In this document: positions 15,001-30,000 of the stretch, one piece after another
How positions within the stretch are numbered: the stretch's first letter is position 1
Layout: every line of letters begins with the position of its first letter
Assembly: GCA_964016885.1 (NCBI GenBank)
Contig: OZ024742.1
Coordinates: forward strand, 371,876,001 to 371,940,000
DNA: 64,000 nt
Direction: 5' to 3'
Source of the DNA: Eledone cirrhosa
Taxonomy: Eukaryota
The notes under the pieces: generated by a model
Told to the model about the DNA's origin: nothing
Database searches by the model: none
What the model saw: the letters and a program-made list of their open reading frames with translations, nothing else
Program-made: the position numbers and the translations under genes

Positions 15001-18000
15001 TAGACCAGACAGCATGGCCCATTGGTTAGTGTGTTGGACTTGACATTTACAAGGTTGTGGGTTCAATTTCTAGACCAGACAGCATGGCCCATTGGTTAGT
15101 GTGTTGGACTTGACAATTACAAGGTTGTGGGTTCAATTTCTAGACCAGACAGCACGGCCCATTGGTTAGTGTGTTGGACTTGACAATTACAAGGTTGTGG
15201 GTTCAATTTCTAGACCAGACAGCATGGTCCATTGGTTAGTGTGTTGGACTTGACAATTATAAGGTTGTGGGTTCAATTTCTAGACCAGACAGCATGGCCC
15301 ATTGGTTAGTGTGTTGGACTTGACAATTGCAAGGTTGTGGGTTCAATTTCTAGACCAGACAGCATGGCCCATTGGTTAGTGTGTTGGACTTAACAATTAC
15401 AAGGTTGTGGGTTCAATTTCTAGACCAGACAGCATGGCCCATTGGTTAGTGTGTTGGACTTGACAATTACAAGGTTGTGGGTTCAATTTCTAGACCAGAC
15501 AGCATGGCCCATTGGTTAGTGTGTTCGACTTGACAATTACAAGGTTGTGGGTTCAATTTCTAGACCAGACAGCATGGTCCATTGGTTAGTGTGTTGGACT
15601 TGACAATTACAAGGTTGTGGGTTCAATTTCTAGACCAGACAGCATGGCCCATTGGTTAGTGTGTTGGACTTAACAATTACAAGGTTGTGGGTTCAATTTC
15701 TAGACCAGACAGCATGGCCCATTGGTTAGTGTGTTGGACTTGACAATTACAAGTTTGTGGATTCAATTTCTAGACCAGACAGTATGGCCTATTGGTTAGT
15801 GTGTTGGACTTGACAATTACAAGGTTATGGGTTCAATTTCTAGACCAGACAGCATGGCCCATTGGTTAGTGTGTTGGACTTGACAATTACAAGGTTGTGA
15901 GTTGAATTTCTAGACCAGACAGCATGGCCCATTGGTTAGTGTGTTGGACTTGACAATTACAAGTTTGTGGATTCAATTTCTAGACCAGACAGTATGGCCT
16001 ATTGGTTAGTGTGTTGGACTTGACAATTACAAGGTTATGGGTTCAATTTCTAGACCAGACAGCATGGCCCATTGGTTAGTGTGTTGGACTTGACAATTAC
16101 AAGGTTGTGAGTTGAATTTCTAGACCAGACAGCATGGCCCATTGGTTAGTGTGTTGGACTTGACAATTACAAGGTTGTGGGTTTAATTTCTAGACCAGAC
16201 AGCATGGCCCATTGGTTAGTGTGTTGGACTTGACATTTACAAGGTTGTGGGTTCAATTTCTAGACCAGACAGCATGGCCCATTGGTTAGTGTGTTGGACT
16301 TGACAATTACAAGGTTGTGGATTCAATTTCTAGACCAGACAGCATGGCCCATTGGTTAGTGTGTTCGACTTGACAATTACAAGGTTGTGGGTTCAATTTC
16401 TAGACCAGACAGCATGGCCCATTGGTTAGTGTGTTGGACTTGACAATTACAAGGTTGTGGATTCAATTTCTAGACCAGACAGCATGGCCCATTGGTTAGT
16501 GTGTTGGACTTGACAATTACAAGGTTGTGGGTTAAATTTCTAGACCAGACAGCATGGCCCATTGGTTAGTGTGTTGGACTTGACAATTACAAGGTTGTGG
16601 GTTCAATTTCTAGACCAGACAGCATGGCCCATTGGTTAGTGTGTTGGACTTGACAATTACAAGGTTGTGGATTCAATTTCTAGACCAGACAGCATGGCCC
16701 AGTTGTTAGTGTGTTGGACTTGACAATTACAAGGTTGTGGGTTCAATTTCTAGACCAGACAGCATGGCCCATTGGTTAGTGTGTTGGACTTGACAATTAC
16801 AAGGTTGTGGGTTCAATTTCTAGACCAGACAGCATGGTCCATTGGTTAGTGTGTTGGACTTGACAATTACAAGGTTGTGGGTTCAATTTCTAGACCAGAC
16901 AGCATGGCCCATTGGTTAGTGTGTTGGACTTGACATTTACAAGGTTGTGGGTTCAATTTCTAGACCAGACAGTATGGCCCATTGGTTAGTGTGTTGGACT
17001 TGACAATTACAAGGTTATGGGTTCAATTTCTAGACCAGACAGCATGGCTCATTGGTTGGTGTGTTGGACTTGACAATTACAAGGTCGTGAGTTGAATTTC
17101 TAGACCAGACAGCATGGCCCATTGGTTAGTATGTTGGACTTGACAATTACAGGGTTGTGGGTTCAATTTCTAGACCAGACAGCATGGCCCATTGGTTAGT
17201 GTGTTGGACATAACAATTACAAGGTTGTGGGTTCAATTTCTAGACCAGACAGCATGGCCCATTGGTTAGTGTGTTCGACTTGACAATTACAAGGTTGTGG
17301 GTTCAATTTCTAGACCAGACAGCATGGCCCATTGGTTAGTGTGTTGGACTTGACAATTACAAGGTTGTGATTTCAATTTCTAGACCAGACAGTATGGCCC
17401 ATTGGTTAGTGTGTTCGACTTGACAATTACAAGGTTATGGGTTCAATTTCTAGACCAGACAGCATGGCCCATTGGTTAGTGTGTTGGACTTGACAATTAC
17501 AAGGTTGTGGGTTCAATTTCTAGACCAGACAGTATGGCCCATTGGTTAGTGTGTTGGACTTGACAATTACAAGGTTATGGGTTCAATTTCTAGACCAGAC
17601 AGCATGGCCCATTGGTTAGTGTGTTGGACTTGACAATTACAAGGTCGTGAGTTGAATTTCTAGACCAGACAGCATGGCCCATTGATTAGTGTGTTGGACT
17701 TGACAATTACAAGGTTGTGGGTTCAATTTCTAGACCAGACAGCATGGCCCATTGGTTAGTGTGTTGGACTTGACATTTACAAGGTTGTGGGTTCAATTTC
17801 TAGACCAGACAGTATGGCCCATTGGTTAGTGTGTTGGACTTGACAATTACAAGGTTGTGGGTTCAATTTCTAGACCAGACAGCATGGCCCATTGGTTAGT
17901 GTGTTGGACTTGACAATTACAAGGTTGTGGGTTCAATTTCTAGACCAGACAGCATGGCCCATTGGTTAGTGTGTTGGACTTGACAATTACAAGGTTGTGG

Positions 18001-21000
18001 GTTCAATTTCTAGACCAGACAGCATGGCCCATTGGTTAGTGTGTTCGACTTGACAATTACAAGGTTGTGGGTTCAATTTCTAGACCAGACAGCATGGTCC
18101 ATTGGTTAGTGTGTTGGACTTGACAATTACAAGGTTGTGGGTTCAATTTCTAGACCAGACAGCATGGCCCATTGGTTAGTGTGTTGGACTTAACAATTAC
18201 AAGGTTGTGGGTTCAATTTCTAGACCAGACAGCATGGCCCATTAGTTAGTGTGTTGGACTTGACAATTACAAGGTTGTGGGTTAAATTTCTAGACCAGAC
18301 AGTATGGCCCATTGGTTAGTGTGTTGGACTTGACAATTACAAGGTTGTGGGTTCAATTTCTAGACCAGACAGCATGGCCCATTGGTTAGTGTGTTGGACT
18401 TGACGATTACAAGTTTGTGGATTCAATTTCTAGACCAGACAGTATGGCCTATTGGTTAGTGTGTTGGACTTGACAATTACAAGGTTATAGGTTCAATTTC
18501 TAGACCAGACAGCATGGCCCATTGGTTAGTGTGTTGGACTTGACAATTACAAGGTTGTGAGTTGAATTTCTAGACCAGACAGCATGGCCCATTGGTTAGT
18601 GTGTTTGGACTTGACAATTACAAGGTTGTGGGTTTAATTTCTAGACCAGACAGCATGGCCCATTGGTTAGTGTGTTGGACTTGACATTTACAAGGTTGTG
18701 GGTTCAATTTCTAGACCAGACAGCATGGCCCATTGGTTAGTGTGTTGGACTTGACAATTACAAGGTTGTGGGTTCAATTTCTAGACCAGACAGCATGGCC
18801 CATTGGTTAGTGTGTTGGACTTGACAATTACAAGGTTGTGGATTCAATTTCTAGACCAGACAGCATGGCCCATTGGTTAGTGTGTTCGACTTGACAATTA
18901 CAAGGTTGTGGGTTCAATTTCTAGACCAGACAGCATGGCCCATTGGTTAGTGTGTTGGACTTGACAATTACAAGGTTGTGGATTCAATTTCTAGACCAGA
19001 CAGCATGGCCCATTGGTTAGTGTGTTGGACTTGACAATTACAAGGTTGTGGGTTAAATTTCTAGACCAGACAGCATGGCCCATTGGTTAGTGTGTTGGAC
19101 TTGACAATTACAAGGTTGTGGGTTCAATTTCTAGACCAGACAGCATGGCCCATTGGTTAGTGTGTTGGACTTGACAATTACAAGGTTGTGGATTCAATTT
19201 CTAGACCAGACAGCATGGCCCATTGGTTAGTGTGTTGGACTTGACAATTACAAGGTTGTGGGTTCAATTTCTAGACCAGACAGCATGGTCCATTGGTTAG
19301 TGTGTTGGACTTGACAATTACAAGGTTGTGGGTTCAATTTCTAGACCAGACAGCATGGCCCATTGGTTAGTGTGTTGGACTTGACATTTACAAGGTTGTG
19401 GGTTCAATTTCTAGACCAGACAGTATGGCCCATTGGTTAGTGTGTTGGACTTGACAATTGCAAGGTTGTGGGTTCAATTTCTAGACCAGACAGCATGGCC
19501 CATTGGTTAGTGTGTTGGACTTGACAATTACAAGGTTGTGGGTTCAATTTCTAGACCAGACATCATGGTCCATTGGTTAGTGTGTTGGACTTGACAATTA
19601 CAAGGTTGTGGGTTCAATTTCTAGACCAGACAGCATGGCCCATTGGTTAGTGTGTTGGACTTGACAATTGCAAGGTTGTGGGTTCAATTTCTAGACCAGA
19701 CAGCATGGCCCATTGGTTAGTGTGTTGGACTTAACAGTTACAAGGTTGTGGGTTCAATTTCTAGACCAGACAGCATGGCCCATTGGTTAGTGTGTTGGAC
19801 TTGACAATTACAAGGTTGTGGGTTAAATTTCTAGACCAGACCGTATGGCCCATTGGTTAGTGTGTTGGACTTGACAATTACAAGGTTGTGGGTTCAATTT
19901 CTAGACCAGACAGCATGGCCCATTGGTTAGTGTGTTGGACTTGACAATTACAAGGTTGTGGATTCAATTTCTAGACCAGACAGTATGGCCCATTGGTTAG
20001 TGTGTTGGACTTGACAATTACAAGGTTATGGGTTCAATTTCTAGACCAGACAGCATGGCCCATTGGTTAGTGTGTTGGACTTGACAATTACAAGGTCGTG
20101 AGGTGAATTTCTAGACCAGACAGCATGGCCCATTGGTTAGTGTGTTGGACTTGACAATTACAAGGTTGTGGATTCAATTTCTAGACCAGACAGCATGGCC
20201 CAGTTGTTAGTGTGTTGGACTTGACAATTACAAGGTTGTGGGTTCAATTTCTAGACCAGACAGCATGGCCCATTGGTTAGTGTGTTGGACTTGACAATTA
20301 CAAGGTTGTGGGTTCAATTTCTAGACCAGACAGCATGGCCCATTGGTTAGTGTGTTCGACTTGACAATTACAAGGTTGTGGGTTCAATTTCTAGACCAGA
20401 CAGCATGGTCCATTGGTTAGTGTGTTGGACTTGACAATTACAAGGTTGTGGGTTCAATTTCTAGACCAGACAGCATGGTCCATTGGTTAGTGTGTTGGAC
20501 TTGACAATTACAAGGTCGTGAGTTGAATTTCTAGACCAGACAGCATGGCCCATTGGTTAGTGTGTTGGACTTGACAATTACAGGGTTGTGGGTTCAATTT
20601 CTAGACCAGACAGCATGGCCCATTGGTTAGTGTGTTGGACTTGACAATTACAAGGTTGTGGGTTCAATTTCTAGACCAGACAGCATGGCCCATTGGTTAG
20701 TGTGTTCGACTTGACAATTACAAGGTTGTGGGTTCAATTTCTAGACCAGACAGCATGGCCCATTGGTTAGTGTGTTCGACTTGACAATTACAAGGTTGTG
20801 GGTTCAATTTCTAGACCAGACAGCATGGTCCATTGGTTAGTGTGTTGGACTTGACAATTACAAGGTTGTGGGTTCAATTTCTAGACCAGACAGCATGGCC
20901 CATTGGTTAGTGTGTTGGACTTAACAATTACAAGGTTGTGGGTTCAATTTCTAGACCAGACAGCATGGCCCATTGGTTAGTGTGTTGGACTTGACAATTA

Positions 21001-24000
21001 CAAGGTTGTGGGTTAAATTTCTAGACCAGACAGTATAGCCCATTGGTTAGTGTGTTGGACTTGACAATTACAAGGTTGTGGGTTCAATTTCTAGACCAGA
21101 CAGCATGGCCCATTGGTTAGTGTGTTGGACTTGACAATTACAAGTTTGTGGATTCAATTTCTAGAGCAGACAGTATGGCCTATTGGTTAGTGTGTTGGAC
21201 TTGACAATTACAAGGTTATGGGTTCAATTTCTAGACCAGACAGCATGGCCCATTGGTTAGTGTGTTGGACTTGACAATTACAAGGTCGTGAGTTGAATTT
21301 CTAGACCAGACAGCATGGCCCATTGGTTAGTGTGTTGGACTTGACAATTACAAGGTTGTGGGTTTAATTTCTAGACCAGACAGCATGGCCCATTGGTTAG
21401 TGTGTTGGACTTGACATTTACAAGGTTGTGGGTTCAATTTCTAGACCAGACAGCATGGCCCATTGGTTAGTGTGTTGGACTTGACAATTACAAGGTTGTG
21501 GGTTCAATTTCTAGACCAGACAGCATGGCCCATTGGTTAGTGTGTTGGACTTGACAATTACAAGGTTGTGGATTCAATTTCTAGACCAGACAGCATGGCC
21601 CATTGGTTAGTGTGTTCGACTTGACAATTACAAGGTTGTGGGTTCAATTTCTAGACCAGACAGCATGGCCCATTGGTTAGTGTGTTGGACTTGACAATTA
21701 CAAGGTTGTGGATTCAATTTCTAGACCAGACAGCATGGCCCATTGGTTAGTGTGTTGGACTTGACAATTACAAGGTTGTGGGTTAAATTTCTAGACCAGA
21801 CAGCATGGCCCATTGGTTAGTGTGTTGGACTTGACAATTACAAGGTTGTGGGTTCAATTTCTAGACCAGACAGCATGGCCCATTGGTTAGTGTGTTGGAC
21901 TTGACAATTACAAGGTTGTGGATTCAATTTCTAGACCAGACAGTATGGCCCATTGGTTAGTGTGTTGGACTTGACAATTACAAGGTCGTGAGTTGAATTT
22001 CTAGACCAGACAGCATGGCCCATTGATTAGTGTGTTGGACTTGACAATTACAAGGTTGTGGGTTCAATTTCTAGACCAGACAGCATGGCCCATTGGTTAG
22101 TGTGTTGGACTTGACATTTACAAGGTTGTGGGTTCAATTTCTAGACCAGACAGTATGGCCCATTGGTTAGTGTGTTGGACTTGACAATTACAAGGTTGTG
22201 GGTTCAATTTCTAGACCAGACAGCATGGCCCATTGGTTAGTGTGTTGGACTTGACAATTACAAGGTTGTGGGTTCAATTTCTAGACCAGACAGCATGGTC
22301 CATTGGTTAGTGTGTTGGACTTGACAATTACAAGGTTGTGGGTTCAATTTCTAGACCAGACAGCATGGCCCATTGGTTAGTGTGTTGGACTTGACAATTG
22401 CAAGGTTGTGGGTTCAATTTCTAGACCAGACAGCATGGCCCATTGGTTAGTGTGTTGGACTTAACAATTACAAGGTTGTGGGTTCAATTTCTAGACCAGA
22501 CAGCATGGCCCATTGGTTAGTGTGTTGGACTTGACAATTACAAGGTTGTGGGTTCAATTTCTAGACCAGACAGCATGGCCCATTGGTTAGTGTGTTCGAC
22601 TTGACAATTACAAGGTTGTGGGTTCAATTTCTAGACCAGACAGCATGGTCCATTGGTTAGTGTGTTGGACTTGACAATTACAAGGTTGTGGGTTCAATTT
22701 CTAGACCAGACAGCATGGCCCATTGGTTAGTGTGTTGGACTTAACAATTACAAGGTTGTGGGTTCAATTTCTAGACCAGACAGCATGGCCCATTAGTTAG
22801 TGTGTTGGACTTGACAATTACAAGGTTGTGGGTTAAATTTCTAGACCAGACAGTATGGCCCATTGGTTAGTGTGTTGGACTTGACAATTACAAGGTTGTG
22901 GGTTCAATTTCTAGACCAGACAGCATGGCCCATTGGTTAGTGTGTTGGACTTGACGATTACAAGTTTGTGGATTCAATTTCTAGACCAGACAGTATGGCC
23001 TATTGGTTAGTGTGTTGGACTTGACAATTACAAGGTTATGGGTTCAATTTCTAGACCAGACAGCATGGCCCATTGGTTAGTGTGTTGGACTTGACAATTA
23101 CAAGGTTGTGAGTTGAATTTCTAGACCAGACAGCATGGCCCATTGGTTAGTGTGTTGGACTTGACAATTACAAGGTTGTGGGTTTAATTTCTAGACCAGA
23201 CAGCATGGCCCATTGGTTAGTGTGTTGGACTTGACATTTACAAGGTTGTGGGTTCAATTTCTAGACCAGACAGCATGGCCCATTGGTTAGTGTGTTGGAC
23301 TTGACAATTACAAGGTTGTGGGTTCAATTTCTAGACCAGACAGCATGGCCCATTGGTTAGTGTGTTGGACTTGACAATTACAAGGTTGTGGATTCAATTT
23401 CTAGACCAGACAGCATGGCCCATTGGTTAGTGTGTTCGACTTGACAATTACAAGGTTGTGGGTTCAATTTCTAGACCAGACAGCATGGCCCATTGGTTAG
23501 TGTGTTGGACTTGACAATTACAAGGTTGTGGATTCAATTTCTAGACCAGACAGCATGGCCCATTGGTTAGTGTGTTGGACTTGACAATTACAAGGTTGTG
23601 GGTTAAATTTCTAGACCAGACAGCATGGCCCATTGGTTAGTGTGTTGGACTTGACAATTACAAGGTTGTGGGTTCAATTTCTAGACCAGACAGCATGGTC
23701 CATTGGTTAGTGTGTTGGACTTGACAATTACAAGGTTGTGGATTCAATTTCTAGACCAGACAGCATGGCCCAGTGGTTAGTGTGTTGGACTTGACAATTA
23801 CAAGGTTGTGGGTTCAATTTCTAGACCAGACAGCATGGCCCATTGGTTAGTGTGTTGGACTTGACAATTACAAGGTTGTGGGTTCAATTTCTAGACCAGA
23901 CAGCATGGTCCATTGGTTAGTGTGTTGGACTTGACAATTACAAGGTTGTGGGTTCAATTTCTAGACCAGACAGCATGGCCCATTGGTTAGTGTGTTGGAC

Positions 24001-27000
24001 TTGACATTTACAAGGTTGTGGGTTCAATTTCTAGACCAGACAGTATGGCCCATTGGTTAGTGTGTTGGACTTGACAATTGCAAGGTTGTGGGTTCAATTT
24101 CTAGACCAGACAGCATGGCCCATTGGTTAGTGTGTTGGACTTGACAATTACAAGGTTGTGGGTTCAATTTCTAGACCAGACATCATGGTCCATTGGTTAG
24201 TGTGTTGGACTTGACAATTGCAAGGTTGTGGGTTCAATTTCTAGACCAGACAGCATGGCCCATTGGTTAGTGTGTTGGACTTAACAGTTACAAGGTTGTG
24301 GGTTCAATTTCTAGACCAGACAGCATGGCCCATTGGTTAGTGTGTTGGACTTGACAATTACAAGGTTGTGGGTTAAATTTCTAGACCAGACAGTATGGCC
24401 CATTGGTTAGTGTGTTGGACTTGACAATTACAAGGTTGTGGGTTCAATTTCTAGACCAGACAGCATGGCCCATTGGTTAGTGTGTTGGACTTGACAATTA
24501 CAAGGTTGTGGATTCAATTTCTAGACCAGACAGTATGGCCCATTGGTTAGTGTGTTGGACTTGACAATTACAAGGTTATGGGTTCAATTTCTAGACCAGA
24601 CAGCATGGCCCATTGGTTAGTGTGTTGGACTTGACAATTACAAGGTCGTGAGGTGAATTTCTAGACCAGACAGCATGGCCCATTGGTTAGTGTGTTGGAC
24701 TTGACAATTACAGGGTTGTGGGTTCAATTTCTAGACCAGACAGCATGGCCCATTGGTTAGTGTGTTGGACTTGACAATTACAAGGTTGTGGGTTCAATTT
24801 CTAGACCAGACAGCATGGCCCATTGGTTAGTGTGTTCGACTTGACAATTACAAGGTTGTGGGTTCAATTTCTAGACCAGACAGCATGGTCCATTGGTTAG
24901 TGTGTTGGACTTGACAATTACAAGGTTGTGGGTTCAATTTCTAGACCAGACAGCATGGTCCATTGGTTAGTGTGTTGGACTTGACAATTACAAGGTCGTG
25001 AGTTGAATTTCTAGACCAGACAGCATGGCCCATTGGTTAGTGTGTTGGACTTGACAATTACAGGGTTGTGGGTTCAATTTCTAGACCAGACAGCATGGCC
25101 CATTGGTTAGTGTGTTGGACTTGACAATTACAAGGTTGTGGGTTCAGTTTCTAGACCAGACAGCATGGCCCATTGGTTAGTGTGTTCGACTTGACAATTA
25201 CAAGGTTGTGGGTTCAATTTCTAGACCAGACAGCATGGTCCATTGGTTAGTGTGTTGGACTTGACAATTACAAGGTTGTGGGTTCAATTTCTAGACCAGA
25301 CAGCATGGCCCGTTGGTTAGTGTGTTGGACTTAACAATTACAAGGTTGTGGGTTCAATTTCTAGACCAGACAGCATGGCCCATTGGTTAGTGTGTTGGAC
25401 TTGACAATTACAAGGTTGTGGGTTAAATTTCTAGACCAGACAGTATGGCCCATTGGTTAGTGTGTTGGACTTGACAATTACAAGGTTGTGGGTTCAATTT
25501 CTAGACCAGACAGCATGGCCCATTGGTTAGTGTGTTGGACTTGACAATTACAAGTTTGTGGATTCAATTTCTAGACCAGACAGTATGGCCTATTGGTTAG
25601 TGTGTTGGACTTGACAATTACAAGGTTATGGGTTCAATTTCTAGACCAGACAGCATGGCCCATTGGTTAGTGTGTTGGACTTGACAATTACAAGGTCGTG
25701 AGTTGAATTTCTAGACCAGACAGCATGGCCCATTGGTTAGTGTGTTGGACTTGACAATTACAAGGTCGTGAGTTGAATTTCTAGACCAGACAGCATGGCC
25801 CATTGGTTAGTGTGTTGGACTTGACAATTACAAGGTTGTGGGTTTAATTTCTAGACCAGACAGCATGGCCCATTGGTTAGTGTGTTGGACTTGACATTTA
25901 CAAGGTTGTGGGTTCAATTTCTAGACCAGACAGCATGGCCCATTGGTTAGTGTGTTGGACTTGACAATTACAAGGTTGTGGATTCAATTTCTAGACCAGA
26001 CAGCATGGCCCATTGGTTAGTGTGTTGGACTTGACAATTACAAGGTTGTGGGTTAAATTTCTAGACCAGACAGCATGGCCCATTGGTTAGTGTGTTCGAC
26101 TTGACAATTACAAGGTTGTGGGTTCAATTTCTAGACCAGACAGCATGGCCCATTGGTTAGTGTGTTGGACTTGACAATTACAAGGTTGTGGATTCAATTT
26201 CTAGACCAGACAGCATGGCCCATTGGTTAGTGTGTTGGACTTGACAATTACAAGGTTGTGGGTTCAATTTCTAGACCAGACAGCATGGCCCATTGGTTAG
26301 TGTGTTGGACTTGACAATTACAAGGTTGTGGGTTCAATTTCTAGACCAGACAGCATGGCCCATTGGTTAGTGTGTTGGACTTGACAATTACAAGGTTGTG
26401 GATTCAATTTCTAGACCAGACAGCATGGCCCAGTGGTTAGTGTGTTGGACTTGACAATTGCAAGGTTGTGGGTTCAATTTCTAGACCAGACAGCATGGCC
26501 CATTGGTTAGTGTGTTGGACTTAACAGTTACAAGGTTGTGGGTTCAATTTCTAGACCAGACAGCATGGCCCATTGGTTAGTGTGTTGGACTTGACAATTA
26601 CAAGGTTGTGGGTTCAATTTCTAGACCAGACAGTATGGCCCATTGGTTAGTGTGTTGGACTTGACAATTACAAGGTTGTGGGTTCAATTTCTAGACCAGA
26701 CAGCATGGCCCATTGGTTCGTGTGTTGGACTTGACAATTACAAGGTTGTGGATTCAATTTCTAGACCAGACAGTATGGCCCATTGGTTAGTGTGTTGGAC
26801 TTGACAATTACAAGGTTATGGGTTCAATTTCTAGACCAGACAGCATGGCCCATTGGTTAGTGTGTTGGACTTGACAATTACAAGGTCGTGAGTTGAATTT
26901 CTAGACCAGACAGCATGGCCCATTGGTTAGTGTGTTGGACTTGACAATTACAGGGTTGTGGGTTCAATTTCTAGACCAGACAGCATGGCCCATTGGTTAG

Positions 27001-30000
27001 TGTGTTGGACTTGACAATTACAAGGTTGTGATTTCAATTTCTAGACCAGACAGTATGGCCCATTGGTTAGTGTGTTCGACTTGACAATTACAAGGTTGTG
27101 GGTTCAATTTCTAGACCAGACAGCATGGTCCATTGGTTAGTGTGTTGGACTTGACAATTACAAGGTTGTGGGTTCAATTTCTAGACCAGACAGCATGGCC
27201 CATTGGTTAGTGTGTTGGACTTAACAATTACAAGGTTGTGGGTTCAATTTCTAGACCAGACAGCATGGCCCATTAGTTAGTGTGTTGGACTTGACAATTA
27301 CAAGGTTGTGGGTTAAATTTCTAGACCAGACAGTATGGCCCATTGGTTAGTGTGTTGGACTTGACAATTACAAGGTTGTGGGTTCAATTTCTAGACCAGA
27401 CAGCATGGCCCATTGGTTAGTGTGTTGGACTTGACGATTACAAGTTTGTGGATTCAATTTCTAGACCAGACAGTATGGCCTATTGGTTAGTGTGTTGGAC
27501 TTGACAATTACAAGGTTATGGGTTCAATTTCTAGACCAGACAGCATGGCCCATTGGTTAGTGTGTTGGACTTGACAATTACAGGGTTGTGGGTTCAATTT
27601 CTAGACCAGACAGCATGGCCCATTGGTTAGTGTGTTGGACTTGACAATTACAAGGTTGTGGGTTCAATTTCTAGACCAGACAGCATGGCCCATTGGTTAG
27701 TGTGTTCGACTTGACAATTACAAGGTTGTGGGTTCAATTTCTAGACCAGACAGCATGGTCCATTGGTTAGTGTGTTGGACTTGACAATTACAAGGTTGTG
27801 GGTTCAATTTCTAGACCAGACAGCATGGTCCATTGGTTAGTGTGTTGGACTTGACAATTACAAGGTCGTGAGTTGAATTTCTAGACCAGACAGCATGGCC
27901 CATTGGTTAGTGTGTTGGACTTGACAATTACAGGGTTGTGGGTTCAATTTCTAGACCAGACAGCATGGCCCATTGGTTAGTGTGTTGGACTTGACAATTA
28001 CAAGGTTGTGGGTTCAATTTCTAGACCAGACAGCATGGCCCATTGGTTAGTGTGTTCGACTTGACAATTACAAGGTTGTGGGTTCAATTTCTAGACCAGA
28101 CAGCATGGCCCATTGGTTAGTGTGTTCGACTTGACAATTACAAGGTTGTGGGTTCAATTTCTAGACCAGACAGCATGGTCCATTGGTTAGTGTGTTGGAC
28201 TTGACAATTACAAGGTTGTGGGTTCAATTTCTAGACCAGACAGCATGGCCCATTGGTTAGTGTGTTGGACTTAACAATTACAAGGTTGTGGGTTCAATTT
28301 CTAGACCAGACAGCATGGCCCATTAATTAGTGTGTTGGACTTGACAATTACAAGGTTGTGGGTTAAATTTCTACACCAGACAGTATGGCCCATTGGTTAG
28401 TGTGTTGGACTTGACAATTACAAGGTTGTGGGTTCAATTTCTAGACCAGACAGCATGGCCCATTGGTTAGTGTGTTGGACTTGACAATTACAAGTTTGTG
28501 GATTCAATTTCTAGACCAGACAGTATGGCCTATTGGTTAGTGTGTTGGACTTGACAATTACAAGGTTATGGGTTCAATTTCTAGACCAGACAGCATGGCC
28601 CATTGGTTAGTGTGTTGGACTTGACAATTACAAGGTCGTGAGTTGAATTTCTAGACCAGACAGCATGGCCCATTGGTTAGTGTGTTGGACTTGACAATTA
28701 CAAGGTTGTGGGTTTAATTTCTAGACCAGACAGCATGGCCCATTGGTTAGTGTGTTGGACTTGACATTTACAAGGTTGTGAGTTCAATTTCTAGACCAGA
28801 CAGCATGGCCCATTGGTTAGTGTGTTGGACTTGACAATTACAAGGTTGTGGGTTCAATTTCTAGACCAGACAGCTTGGCCCATTGGTTAGTGTGTTGGAC
28901 TTGACAATTACAAGGTTGTGGATTCAATTTCTAGACCAGACAGCAGGGCCCATTGGTTAGTGTGTTCGACTTGACAATTACAAGGTTGTGGGTTCAATTT
29001 CTAGACCAGACAGCATGGCCCATTGGTTAGTGTGTTGGACTTGACAATTACAAGGTTGTGGATTCAATTTCTAGACCAGACAGCATGGCCCATTGGTTAG
29101 TGTGTTGGACTTGACAATTACAAGGTTGTGGGTTAAATTTCTAGACCAGACAGCATGGCCCATTGGTTAGTGTGTTGGACTTGACAATTACAAGGTTGTG
29201 GGTTCAATTTCTATACCAGACAGCATGGCCCATTGGTTAGTGTGTTGGACTTGACAATTACAAGGTTGTGGATTCAATTTCTAGACCAGACAGCATGGCC
29301 CAGTGGTTAGTGTGTTGGACTTGACAATTGCAAGGTTGTGGGTTCAATTTCTAGACCAGACAGCATGGCCCATTGGTTAGTGTGTTGGACTTAACAGTTA
29401 CAAGGTTGTGGGTTCAATTTCTAGACCAGACAGCATGGCCCATTGGTTAGTGTGTTGGACTTGACAATTACAAGGTTGTGGGTTCAATTTCTAGACCAGA
29501 CAGTATGGCCCATTGGTTAGTGTGTTGGACTTGACAATTACAAGGTTGTGGGTTCAATTTCTAGACCAGACAGCATGGCCCATTGGTTAGTGTGTTGGAC
29601 TTGACAATTACAAGGTTGTGGATTCAATTTCTAGACCAGACAGTATGGCCCATTGGTTAGTGTGTTGGACTTGACAATTACAAGGTTATGGGTTCAATTT
29701 CTAGACCAGACAGCATGGCCCATTGGTTAGTGTGTTGGACTTGACAATTACAAGGTCGTGAGTTGAATTTCTAGACCAGACAGCATGGCCCATTGGTTAG
29801 TGTGTTGGACTTGCCAATTACAGGGTTGTGGGTTCAATTTCTAGACCAGACAGCATGGCCCATTGGTTAGTGTGTTGGACTTGACAATTACAAGGTTGTG
29901 GGTTCAATTTCTAGACCAGACAGCATGGCCCATTGGTTAGTGTGTTCGACTTGACAATTACAAGGTTGTGGGTTCAATTTCTAGACCAGACAGCATGGTC